Of a DNA stretch of 64,000 nucleotides, positions 19,528 through 28,648 are shown one piece after another. The position numbers were made by a program, and so were the translations under genes. Positions within the stretch are counted from its first letter, which is position 1. Each line of letters starts with the position of its first letter. A model generated the notes under the pieces. That model worked only from the letters and a program-made list of their open reading frames with translations. It was not told the origin of the DNA and did not search any database. Origin of the DNA: Desulfomicrobium sp. (lineage in GTDB: Bacteria; Desulfobacterota; Desulfovibrionia; Desulfovibrionales; Desulfomicrobiaceae). The stretch lies in assembly GCA_040768745.1 (NCBI GenBank), contig JAXGMI010000002.1, positions 96,001-160,000 of the forward strand, given 5' to 3'.

Positions 19528-19985
19528 TGTCCGCCCTCCTGGCCGTGGATGCCGGACTGCGCACTGGACTGGCACTCTATTCCCGCCATGGGCGGTTGAT
19601 GTGGTGCCGTTCGCACAATCTGGGCACCACCACGCGATTGAAAAAAGCTGCGGCCCGGGTTCTTTTTGAGTTGCCGGAGCTGGAGTACATCGTGGTCGAA
19701 GGCGGAGGGCAGACCGCGGGGATCTGGGAGCACGCGGCTCAGAAACGCGGAGTTCCGTGTCTTGCCATTCAGGCCCAGGACTGGCGATCAGACTTCATTC
19801 TGCCCCGGCAGATGGTCAGCGGGCAGAAGGCCAAGGCGGCCGCTTGCGCCTTGGTCAACAGTATTTTGCGCAGGGAGGGGTGGTCCTCGCCGACCACGCC
19901 GGGCCATGATGCCGCCGAGGCAGCACTCATCGGCCTGTGGGCAGCAGTGCGGCTCGGATGGCGGATCATGCCCGATCTGAGGTAG
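19527..19985 (+). CDS. Hypothetical protein with RuvC/RNase H-like motifs
   Basis: LLAVDAGLRTGLA, IVVEG, W..K, HDAAEAALIG; start overlaps the murI stop. Confidence 0.7.
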   Translation: MSALLAVDAGLRTGLALYSRHGRLMWCRSHNLGTTTRLKKAAARVLFELPELEYIVVEGGGQTAGIWEHAAQKRGVPCLAIQAQDWRSDFILPRQMVSGQKAKAAACALVNSILRREGWSSPTTPGHDAAEAALIGLWAAVRLGWRIMPDLR

Positions 19986-19992
19986 GAACCAT

Positions 19993-20841
19993 ATGGATTC
20001 ACTGTGTTACGATCTTCCTGGCATGAGCCCCGTGGGTCTGGGTCTCATAGCCCTGCTGAACACCCCCGGGGCCACGGTGAAGCAGATCGCGGTCCAGGCT
20101 GAGCTCGACCCAGCCATATTCGGCAATATCGTTGGCTGTGCCAATTCCCCGGCCTATACCGGACTGAACAAATCCACCGACATCCTGGCCTCCCTGCTCC
20201 GGCTGGGGCAGCGGGAAGTCAGGCGCATCGTGTTCCAGGTCGTGCTGCGTGGGGCGTTCCATCACGAATCGCAGCCCATCAGCACCATCCTGCGCCGGAT
20301 CTGGCTGCAGAGCCTGGCGACCAACGTGTCTATGCACAAACTCACTGCCGCGGCATCAGAGTCCTTTGCCCTCGACCAGGAGGAGGCAAGGTTTGCGGAA
20401 TGTCTGGGCCTTTTGCACAACATCGGGTACTTGGTGCTGCTGGCCAATTTTCCCCATCGATTCCTTGACTTTTTTTCCCGGCACGAGGATCTGCCACTGC
20501 CAGTGTTTTTTGACCAGGAGCAAAGGTGGTTTCATCCCCATGACCATTTTTCCTGTGGCCGCGCAGTGCTCGAGGTCTGGAATTTTCCCAGATCCTTCTC
20601 GGAAATCGTGGCAGGCTATAAAGAGCCCACTGGGGAGTTCCGCGGCAGTCATCCGCGCCTGCACGGCATGTTGCGCCTGTCCAGGCACGCCATCAGCATG
20701 ACCGAGTACGCGTTCCATCCCGTTCAACCTGACGGATTCTGGGTGGAGGGGGCGGAACTGCCGGATGGGCAACCGGATTTCAGCACTCTCATCCCGGATG
20801 TGCGGCAGAGCGTCCAGCATGTGGAGGCATCGTTTTCATGA
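19993..20841 (+). CDS. Stand-alone HDOD domain protein
   Basis: LP..DPA..ANSPAY..RLG; LLHNIG; WNFP. Confidence 0.85.
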   Translation: MDSLCYDLPGMSPVGLGLIALLNTPGATVKQIAVQAELDPAIFGNIVGCANSPAYTGLNKSTDILASLLRLGQREVRRIVFQVVLRGAFHHESQPISTILRRIWLQSLATNVSMHKLTAAASESFALDQEEARFAECLGLLHNIGYLVLLANFPHRFLDFFSRHEDLPLPVFFDQEQRWFHPHDHFSCGRAVLEVWNFPRSFSEIVAGYKEPTGEFRGSHPRLHGMLRLSRHAISMTEYAFHPVQPDGFWVEGAELPDGQPDFSTLIPDVRQSVQHVEASFS

Positions 20842-21038
20842 CCTTCGAACACCGCGATTTTCGCACAAACCTCCGCTGCACCACATGCAGGGGCCTGTTG
20901 CAGGTCAGGCGGACCTGACGGTCCGTGTCGCTGCGCTGCAGGTCCTGTGGCGCGCATTTTGGACTCCAGGAATTCGGCACGACCCTCGACGACCTGATGG
21001 AGGAGTATCTGGCCAACATTCCCTGTGATCGCGTATGA
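20838..21038 (+). CDS. Small dual-CxxC selenoprotein (66 aa, Sec27), not in the ORF track
   Basis: MTFEHRDFRTNLRCTTCRGLLQVRRT-U-RSVSLRCRSCGAHFGLQEFGTTLDDLMEEYLANIPCDRV; GGAGG RBS; ATGA overlaps with both neighbours; UGA at 20916-20918. Confidence 0.88.
20933..20953 (+). promoter_or_regulatory. Bacterial SECIS element
   Basis: GCGCTGCAG-GTC-CTGTGGCGC stem-loop with a G-led apical loop 23 nt after the UGA; resembles the GCAGGUCUGC apex of the E. coli fdhF SECIS. Confidence 0.8.
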
Positions 21039-21535
21039 ATAGATCCAAACCCGTGTCCGCCAGCCGGGCGACCATCTCCTGTTCCGTGCAGCCGCAGAAT
21101 GCCAATCCAGCCGGCATTGTGCACGGCGGGTTCATCCTGCATCAGATCGATACAGTGGCCGCCGTAGCGGCCATGCGCCATGTGCGAGGGAACGTGGTCA
21201 CCCTTTCCATAGACCGGACCATTTTCCACGAGCCGGTGCATATCGGAGAACTGGTCACGTTTTTCGCCAGCGTGAACATGGTCGGCACGACGTCACTGGA
21301 GGTGGGGGTGCGGGTGGAGGCTGAAAACCTGTTCACCGGGGCCATCAGGCACACCAATTCGGCCTATCTGACCTTTGTGGCCCTTGACCGCCGTCATCGC
21401 CCCGTACCTGTTCCGGGGCTGATTCTGGAATCCGAGGAGGACCGGCGGCGCAACGAGGAAGCACTGGCCCGCCGCGCCCAACGGCTGGCCGAACGGTCAC
21501 ACTCAACACCGTCAAGGATTACATTTCGCCCATGA
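21035..21535 (+). CDS. Acyl-CoA thioesterase (hotdog fold, YciA-like)
   Basis: ANPAGIVHGG..ID, VVTLSID, GTTSLEVGV, YLTFVALD. Confidence 0.92.
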   Translation: MNRSKPVSASRATISCSVQPQNANPAGIVHGGFILHQIDTVAAVAAMRHVRGNVVTLSIDRTIFHEPVHIGELVTFFASVNMVGTTSLEVGVRVEAENLFTGAIRHTNSAYLTFVALDRRHRPVPVPGLILESEEDRRRNEEALARRAQRLAERSHSTPSRITFRP

Positions 21536-22800
21536 CTTCCGTCATTATCCCGCGTTCCGAGCATCCCGTCTCCCGCAAGCATATCCATCCTGACGCACTG
21601 AAGGTCATGTACCGCCTGGCGCGCAAAGGATTCACCGCCTATCTCGTGGGAGGAAGTGTGCGCGATCTCATCCTCGGCCGCACGCCCAAGGATTTCGACG
21701 TCAGCACCAATGCCACTCCCTCCCAGATCAAGAAAATATTCCAGAATTGCTTCCTGATCGGTCGCAGGTTCCGGCTGGCCCACATCCGTTTTGACGACCA
21801 CATCATCGAAACGGCCACCTTCCGGCGTTGCCCGGTGCAGGAAGAGGAGACCGATGACGGCGAGCTGTATATGTTGCGTGACAATTGCTACGGGACGCCG
21901 GAGGAGGACGCCCTGCGCCGGGATTTCACCATCAACGGACTCTTCTACGAGATTGAACGGTTCACCATCATCGACCATGTGGGAGGCCTGAGCGACATCC
22001 GCAATCGTCTCATCCGCAGCATCGGGGACCCGAACATCCGTTTCCGGGAGGACCCGGTGCGCATGATACGGGCGATCCGTTTTGCCGCCAGGCTCGACTT
22101 CCATATCGAGCCCGTCACCTACAACGCCATCCTGCGCCACCACGAAGAAATTATGAAGGCTTCCTCCCCGCGCATCTTCGAGGAGCTGCAGAAGCTCTTC
22201 GCCTTCGGATGCGGGGAGAAGGCGTTCCGCCTGCTGTACAAGACCGGCCTGCTGCACGACATGCTGCCGGAGGTGGCCGAATTCCTGGATCACGACCACG
22301 GTCAGGACTCCGTGCTGTGGGATTGGCTGGCGCACCTGGACGAGCGGATCCGGGACACGGGCAAGGCCGAACCGGTCCTGCTTTTTGCGGCCCTTTTATT
22401 CGCGCCGGTGCGGCGCGTGGCGGACAGGTACGCGGCCCAGGGCGAGCGGGTGGTCTTCGCCGAACTCCTGGCGGACCTCCTCACGCCCCTGTGTACGCGC
22501 ATCTGTATGCCCAAGTGGATGTCTGCCCGTTTGATCCAGATCATGGTCAACCAGACCCGGTTCGAGCCAGACAAGCGCAAGCGTTTTTCCAAGCGTGGGT
22601 TCGTGGCCCAGGACTGTTTTCCCGAGACTCTGGCCCTGTACGAACTGGGTTTGCGCGTGGCCGGCGACGACCTAAGCCACACCACAGCCTGGAAGGATCT
22701 GCGCAGAGAAGTGGAGTCTGAGCGGCCAGTATCCGACGGGTTCCGTTCCGAACATCCAAGACCGCCCCGCAAGCGGCCCTCCCGCCGGCGGCGCAGATGA
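21532..22800 (+). CDS. pcnB: Poly(A) polymerase I
   Basis: VGGSVRD..PKDFD, PAP-specific LIGRRFRLAHIRF, RRDFTIN, EDPVRMIRA; basic C-terminus. Confidence 0.93.
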   Translation: MTSVIIPRSEHPVSRKHIHPDALKVMYRLARKGFTAYLVGGSVRDLILGRTPKDFDVSTNATPSQIKKIFQNCFLIGRRFRLAHIRFDDHIIETATFRRCPVQEEETDDGELYMLRDNCYGTPEEDALRRDFTINGLFYEIERFTIIDHVGGLSDIRNRLIRSIGDPNIRFREDPVRMIRAIRFAARLDFHIEPVTYNAILRHHEEIMKASSPRIFEELQKLFAFGCGEKAFRLLYKTGLLHDMLPEVAEFLDHDHGQDSVLWDWLAHLDERIRDTGKAEPVLLFAALLFAPVRRVADRYAAQGERVVFAELLADLLTPLCTRICMPKWMSARLIQIMVNQTRFEPDKRKRFSKRGFVAQDCFPETLALYELGLRVAGDDLSHTTAWKDLRREVESERPVSDGFRSEHPRPPRKRPSRRRRR

Positions 22801-24632
22801 ATCTGCGAGAGGATCTGGTCAGTTTCCCCACCTGCCCGGGCGTCTATCTGATGAAGAACGCCGCGGGCAGAATCATTTATGTGGGGAAGGCCAAGCACCT
22901 GCGCCGCCGGGTGGCCTCCTATTTCCAGCCTGACCACCGCCTGCCGATCAAGGTCAGGGCCATGATGCCGAAGGTGCAGGGCATCGACTTCCTGTGCACG
23001 TCCACGGAAAAGGAGGCGTTGCTCCTGGAAGCGAGCCTGATCAAGAAGCACCGGCCCAAATACAACATCGTTCTGCGTGACGACAAACAGTACGTTCTCT
23101 TTTGTCTGGCCCGTAACCATCCCTTCCCGGCTTTGCGCCTGACCCGCAGGGTCATCCGCGACGGATCGGTCTATTTCGGTCCTTTCACCTCGGCCCTGGC
23201 CGCCCGGGAGACCAAGCGGGTCATCGATCGCCTCTTTCCCTTGCGTAAATGCCGGGATACGGTCTTCGCCAACCGGGTCCGGCCCTGTCTGCAATACCAC
23301 ATCGGCCGCTGTCTGGCGCCGTGCTGTCTCCCCGTATCCCAGGAGGCGTACCTGGAGGTGGTCAGGCAGGTGGAGCTTTTCCTGTCCGGCAAGTCGGCCG
23401 AGCTGGTGGCCGGCTTAGAGACCGAGATGCTGGCCGCCTCCGAGGCTCTGGACTTCGAGCGGGCAGCCCGGCTGCGGGACAGCATCCGGTCCCTGCAGGA
23501 GACCACCGAGCGCCAGGCTGCGGTCCTGTCCGACGGCCGGGATCTGGACGTCCTGGGCCTGCACAGCCATGACACAGGGATCAGTCTGGCCGTCGTTTTC
23601 GTCCGTCAGGGCCGGATCATCGACGGTCAGACCTTCTGGTTTCCGGGGGCGTCAGTGCAGACAGCCGAGGACGAACGGACCGTGATCAATGCGTTCATCC
23701 TGCAGTTCTACACCGCTGAGCGCTTCATTCCTGCGCGTCTGGTCACGGCTTTGGGCGGGGCGGATCCCGGAGTGGGCGAGATCCTGTCGGATCTGCGTGG
23801 AGGCAAAACAGTCCTGGCCAAGGCCCGGGGAGAACAGGAGCGCCGATTGGTGGACATCGCCACTGCCAACGCCCGGGCCGACGTGCGCCAGCACCGCCGG
23901 GCCGGAGCCGACGGCAAGGGGCTGGCCCGTGCCCTGGGCCTGGACAGGGAGATCGGTCGCGTGGAATGCGTGGATGTATCCCACATCCAGGGCGAAGGCA
24001 TGCGGGCAGGCCTGGTCGCGTTCACCGACGGACAGGAGGACAAGGAGGCCTACCGCATTTACGCCTTTCCCGAACTGGAGGGCAGTGCGGACGACTATCT
24101 GGCCCTGGCCCGTTTCGCAGTGCGGCGCGTCCAGTCAGGTCCGCCCTGGCCGGATTTGCTGCTCATCGACGGGGGCAGGGGGCAGCTCAGGGCCGTGGAA
24201 CGGGCCCTGAACGAGGTCGGGGCTGCTGGTCTGTTCGCTCTGGCCGCCATTGCCAAGGGCGAGAGCCGCCGGGCCGGGGAGCTGGGCGATGCGGTGTTTC
24301 TTCCTGGCCGCAAGAATCCTGCGCACCTCAAGGCCGGCAGCCCCGAGCTGCTCTTCCTGCAGCATGTGCGGGACACGGCCCACCGCTTCGCCATCTCCCG
24401 CCTGCGTCGGCACAAGCGCGGGACCCAGTTCAAATCCGAGCTGGACAGTCTGTCGGGCATCGGTCCCAAGAACGCCCGGCTGCTTTGGGAGCGGTTCGGG
24501 AGTCTGGAGGCCATGGTGGCCGCATCCGTGGATGAACTGGCCGCTTTGCCCGGGCTGGGGTTCCGGAAAGCAGTGGCCATCCACGCTGCGTTGGGGGCCC
24601 TCGGATCAGTCCCAGCCAATGCGAAGTGCTGA
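22797..24632 (+). CDS. uvrC: Excinuclease ABC subunit C
   Basis: PGVYLM..IIYVGKAK GIY-YIG domain, UVR domain, DVSH, IDGGRGQ, RD.AHRFA, HhH tail. Confidence 0.96.
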   Translation: MNLREDLVSFPTCPGVYLMKNAAGRIIYVGKAKHLRRRVASYFQPDHRLPIKVRAMMPKVQGIDFLCTSTEKEALLLEASLIKKHRPKYNIVLRDDKQYVLFCLARNHPFPALRLTRRVIRDGSVYFGPFTSALAARETKRVIDRLFPLRKCRDTVFANRVRPCLQYHIGRCLAPCCLPVSQEAYLEVVRQVELFLSGKSAELVAGLETEMLAASEALDFERAARLRDSIRSLQETTERQAAVLSDGRDLDVLGLHSHDTGISLAVVFVRQGRIIDGQTFWFPGASVQTAEDERTVINAFILQFYTAERFIPARLVTALGGADPGVGEILSDLRGGKTVLAKARGEQERRLVDIATANARADVRQHRRAGADGKGLARALGLDREIGRVECVDVSHIQGEGMRAGLVAFTDGQEDKEAYRIYAFPELEGSADDYLALARFAVRRVQSGPPWPDLLLIDGGRGQLRAVERALNEVGAAGLFALAAIAKGESRRAGELGDAVFLPGRKNPAHLKAGSPELLFLQHVRDTAHRFAISRLRRHKRGTQFKSELDSLSGIGPKNARLLWERFGSLEAMVAASVDELAALPGLGFRKAVAIHAALGALGSVPANAKC

Positions 24633-24826
24633 CCACCGGCGTGGAAGTGCCTTCCATAAAATTCATCTTTGTCTTGTATGACGAAGGGTTGCCTTGCATT
24701 CGTGGTCGCTTCGGGCTACCTCTGGTGCAGGGCAGGCAGGAGAACGTCGGATACATCCGAAGCACAATCCCTGATTCTGGAACCTTGAGCATTTCAAACA
24801 TCAATCCGGCAAGGAGTTGTAGATCC

Positions 24827-26542
24827 ATGTCCAACGCCGCACACCATTTTGCCTCCGATCCCGCGATACATCCCGATCTCGTTTCCGTGTCGCCGGAAGG
24901 CCAAGTTTTTCCCCTCCCCACGCAAGCCGACTACGACAGGGAAAACCAGCGACTGCTCCAACTGGTCGAAGCCCAGCGCGCATTGGGTCGCGAGATCGTG
25001 GTGGTCATGGGAGTGGGCTTTGTGGGCGCGGTCATGGCCGGCGTGGTGGCCGATGCCGTGCACAAGGACACGGGGGCGCCGCTCTACTGTGTCATGGGCA
25101 TGCAGCGCCCAAGCCCGCGGTCCTACTGGAAGATCCCCTACCTGAACCGGGGTCAGGCCCCGGTGGAGGCTGAGGACCCTGAGGTGGCGCCCCTCATCGC
25201 GCGATGCGTGCGGGACAAGAAGACCCTGACCGCGACCTTCTCGTACGAGGCCCTGGCGTTAGCCGATGTCGTGGTCGTGGACGTGCAGTGCGACTACCAC
25301 AAGAACGCCCTGGGCGACGTGCGCGATGGCCATGCCGAGATCAAGGCCCTGGAGGAGAGCCTTCGGGTTGTCGGGGAGAAGATTCAGCCCCATTGTCTGG
25401 TACTCATCGAAACCACTGTACCCCCGGGCACGACCGAGTATGTGGCCTATCCCATTCTGAAAAAGGCCTTTGCCCAACGCGGTCTGGTCCAGGATCAGGG
25501 GGCTGACCAGGTCTCCCGATCCGAACCGCTGCTGGCCCATTCCTACGAAAGGGTCATGCCCGGTCGCCAGTACGTGGCCTCGATCCGGGATTTCTGGCGG
25601 GTCTGCTCCGGGGTCAACGCCGAGGCCCGGGACAAGGTGGTGCGTTTCCTGGGCAATGTGCTCAATGTGGACAAATTCCCCCTGACCGTGCTGGACCGGC
25701 CCATCGAATCCGAGACGTGCAAGATCGTGGAAAACTCCTACCGGGCGACCATCCTGGCCTTTCTGGACGAATGGAGCAGGTTCGCCGAGCTCAACGGAGT
25801 GGACCTGATCAAGGTCATTGAGGCCATCAAGGTCCGGCCAACCCACGACAACATCATCTTTCCCGGGCCCGGGGTGGGCGGATACTGCCTGCCCAAGGAC
25901 GGAGGTCTTGGGGTATGGGCCTACAACACCCTGATGGGGTTTGAGGACGACATCTTCAAGATCACCCCCCTGGCCATCGACATCAACGATACGCGTTCCC
26001 TGCACGTGGCCCAGCTGGTGCGCGACGCCCTGCGCAACATGGGCAAAATCGTGGCCGCTTCGCGGGTCGCTGTGCTCGGGGCCTCGTACCGCCAGGACGT
26101 GGGGGACACCCGGTACAGCGGTTCGGAAATGATCGTGCGCAAACTGGCCGAGATGGGCGCGGAGGTCGCTGTCCATGACCCGTATGTGCGCCACTGGTGG
26201 GAGTTTGAAAAACAGGAAACCTATCCGGCCTCGGGCAAGAGCTGGGCACGGTTTTTCCGCAATCAGGACCACCTGCGTGACCTGAAGATGGCTGACACCC
26301 TGCCCCAGGCCCTGGCCGGAGTCGATGCGGTGGTCCTGGCCGTGCCCCATCAGCCCTACAAGGCCCTGACCCCCGAGGCCGTGGTGGACATGATCGGCAC
26401 CTGCGCCGCGGTGATCGACTGTTTCGGCATGCTCAGCGACGCCCAGATCGAACGCTATTTCGAGTTGGGCTGCGAGGTGAAGGGGCTGGGTCGGGGACAT
26501 ATCCAGAGGATCAAGAAAAAGGTGCAGAAAGGGGAAAATTGA
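24827..26542 (+). CDS. Nucleotide-sugar dehydrogenase
   Basis: AAGGAG RBS and ATG at 24827; GVGFVG, ETTVPPGTT, ERVMPG, GPGVGGYCLPKD. Confidence 0.9.
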   Translation: MSNAAHHFASDPAIHPDLVSVSPEGQVFPLPTQADYDRENQRLLQLVEAQRALGREIVVVMGVGFVGAVMAGVVADAVHKDTGAPLYCVMGMQRPSPRSYWKIPYLNRGQAPVEAEDPEVAPLIARCVRDKKTLTATFSYEALALADVVVVDVQCDYHKNALGDVRDGHAEIKALEESLRVVGEKIQPHCLVLIETTVPPGTTEYVAYPILKKAFAQRGLVQDQGADQVSRSEPLLAHSYERVMPGRQYVASIRDFWRVCSGVNAEARDKVVRFLGNVLNVDKFPLTVLDRPIESETCKIVENSYRATILAFLDEWSRFAELNGVDLIKVIEAIKVRPTHDNIIFPGPGVGGYCLPKDGGLGVWAYNTLMGFEDDIFKITPLAIDINDTRSLHVAQLVRDALRNMGKIVAASRVAVLGASYRQDVGDTRYSGSEMIVRKLAEMGAEVAVHDPYVRHWWEFEKQETYPASGKSWARFFRNQDHLRDLKMADTLPQALAGVDAVVLAVPHQPYKALTPEAVVDMIGTCAAVIDCFGMLSDAQIERYFELGCEVKGLGRGHIQRIKKKVQKGEN

Positions 26543-26990
26543 ACGCACTCGTGTTCTTCCGGTAAAAAAAATCGGCCATCCGGCAGCATGCACAATGCCG
26601 CGCGGGGTCCTTTTTTGGCGTTTCTGGCCATGGCAGCCCGTCATGCCCTGATCCGCGTCAACGCGCGGGCCATGGACCAGGCTATGCCCGGGGGGCTTCG
26701 AGGCCGGTCAATCTGCATGGGTTGTTGCTTTCCCTTTTGCTCGCGGGCAGTCCCACCTCCACTTCATCGGCATGGACAGGCCGGAATGGGGCAAAGCCTG
26801 AGCCACGGCAGTTGGCAGGAGCCTGCCCGTGTTCAGTTCAGGAGACGGATGAATCCAATTTCCCATGGAACAGAAGTTCGTTCCTTGACTATCCCGGACA
26901 GTGAACGTTGCGGACAGCTGTTTCATCCACAGCCAGAGTGCTTTCCGGTCATGGCGAACGGAATGGCCCAGAATATCCAGAGAGGACACC

Positions 26991-27446
26991 ATGCGCAGAC
27001 AGGACAGACTGATGCCCCAAGCAGAAGCTTTTTCCCTTCTCCAGAAGGGCGAGTACGGGATTTTGAGCACCGCGTCCGCCACGAACGAGCCATACGGCGT
27101 GCCTGTCAATTACTGCGTCATCGATGAAAGCATTTATTTCCACTGCGCCACAACAGGGAAAAAGATCGAGAACATAACTGCCACCCCCCGGGTCTCTTTC
27201 TGTGTGGTGGGAGAGACCGAGATCGTGCCCGCTGATTTCGGGACAAAATATGAAAGCTGCATTGTCACCGGTCTTGCTTCCGAAGCTTTTGGTGCTGAAA
27301 AGCAGCTGGCCCTCGAAGGCCTTGTTCGCAAGTATTCCGCGCAATTCATCCCCCAAGGATTGCGGTACATCGAAAAGTTCAGGGACAAGGCGCGGGTGTT
27401 CAGGATTTCCATCCAGTCCATTTTTGGGAAGGCCAATAAGGCATAA
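26991..27446 (+). CDS. Pyridoxamine 5'-phosphate oxidase-like / Nim-family protein
   Basis: GAGGA RBS; MRRQDR, PYGVPVNY, IYFHCA..GKK, VSFCVV, YES. Confidence 0.88.
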   Translation: MRRQDRLMPQAEAFSLLQKGEYGILSTASATNEPYGVPVNYCVIDESIYFHCATTGKKIENITATPRVSFCVVGETEIVPADFGTKYESCIVTGLASEAFGAEKQLALEGLVRKYSAQFIPQGLRYIEKFRDKARVFRISIQSIFGKANKA

Positions 27447-27590
27447 GTACTGCACTGCAAAATTCCCCTCCGACACAGACCAGGATCCCATTCACTGAAC
27501 TTTTTCCTGTATTTTGCCATTGATACGCAACGAGTTGCGTTGCTGCAGTGCTGGTTGTTGAGCGGTTCCGGACGGAGGAAGGAGTAAGTC

Positions 27591-28234
27591 ATGAGCGCCA
27601 AGAAAAAAATCTATCTGTACACGCGATTCGAGCGGTTCTGGCATTGGGTGCAGTCCCTGCTCATCTTCCTGCTCCTTTTGACCGGATTCGAGGTCCATGG
27701 CACGTTCTCTCTCTTCGGGTTCCAGAATGCAGTGGAATACCACAACTTCCTGGGCCTGACCTGGATCGTGCTCTTCATCTTCATTGTCTTCTGGGTCTTC
27801 ACCACGGGCGAGTGGCGGCAGTACATCCCGACAACCAAGAAGCTGTTCGAAGTCATTGGCTATTATTCCTCGGGCATTTTCAAGGGGCTGCCGCACCCCG
27901 TGGCAAAATCCAAAGAAGCAAAGCACAACCCCCTGCAGCGTTTGACCTATCTCGGCCTGACGGCCGTTCTGTTGACCCTGCAGATGGGCACGGGGTTTTG
28001 CTGTATTACCTGTATAACGACTGGGCCATCTGGGGCTGGACCTTTCTGAACCTGCGCCTGCTGGCAATCATCCACCTCGGCTGCGCCTTCGCCATTCTGG
28101 CCTTTGTCATCGTGCATGTGTACATGACAACCACCGGCCATACTCTGACCAGCCACATCGCGGCCATGTTCAGTGGCTGGGAAGAGGTGGAGGAGGGCGA
28201 AGTGGCGGATTGGGAAGTGCAGCAGAAGCGTTAG
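27591..28234 (+). pseudogene. Frameshifted di-haem cytochrome b (PhsC/HyaC-like)
   Basis: YTRFERFWHW..KHNPLQRLTY in one frame, LYY..IHL..HVYMTTTG in another; shift at GGGGTTTT 27992-27999. Confidence 0.85.
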
Positions 28235-28648
28235 CCGTTGCATTTTACCGCATGCAAGAAACCGCGGTTCGCACCGAAGCGGGCCGCGGGTGCGGCCATC
28301 GGCGGTCTGGCCGGGGCCGGAATCGGCCGCATGATGGACAACCAGGAAGCGGAGATGCGCCAAGCCCTGGCCCAGTCCGACGAGGTGGCCGTCCGGCGCG
28401 AGGGCGATCTTCTGGCCCTGACCCTCAAAGGGGACGTGACCTTTGCCGTGAATTCCGACGTGGTCCTGTCCGGCCTCTACAACGAGCTGGACCGCATCGC
28501 CCAGATCCTGGTCAAATATCCCCAGACCAGCATCGTGGTGGAGGGCCACACGGACAGTACCGGTTCCGATGCCTATAACCAGGGTCTGTCCGAACGCCGG
28601 GCCTGGAGCGTGCAGCGCCTCCTGGTGGACCGCGGCGTGGTTCCGGCC

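Noticed and set aside
20765..21028. 87-aa ORF filling the HDOD-thioesterase gap
   Set aside because: No recognisable features; the UGA-containing frame 20838-21038 fits RBS, overlaps and motifs much better.
26543..26990. Long intergenic region with short ORFs
   Set aside because: No convincing RBS, motif or RNA structure recognised.
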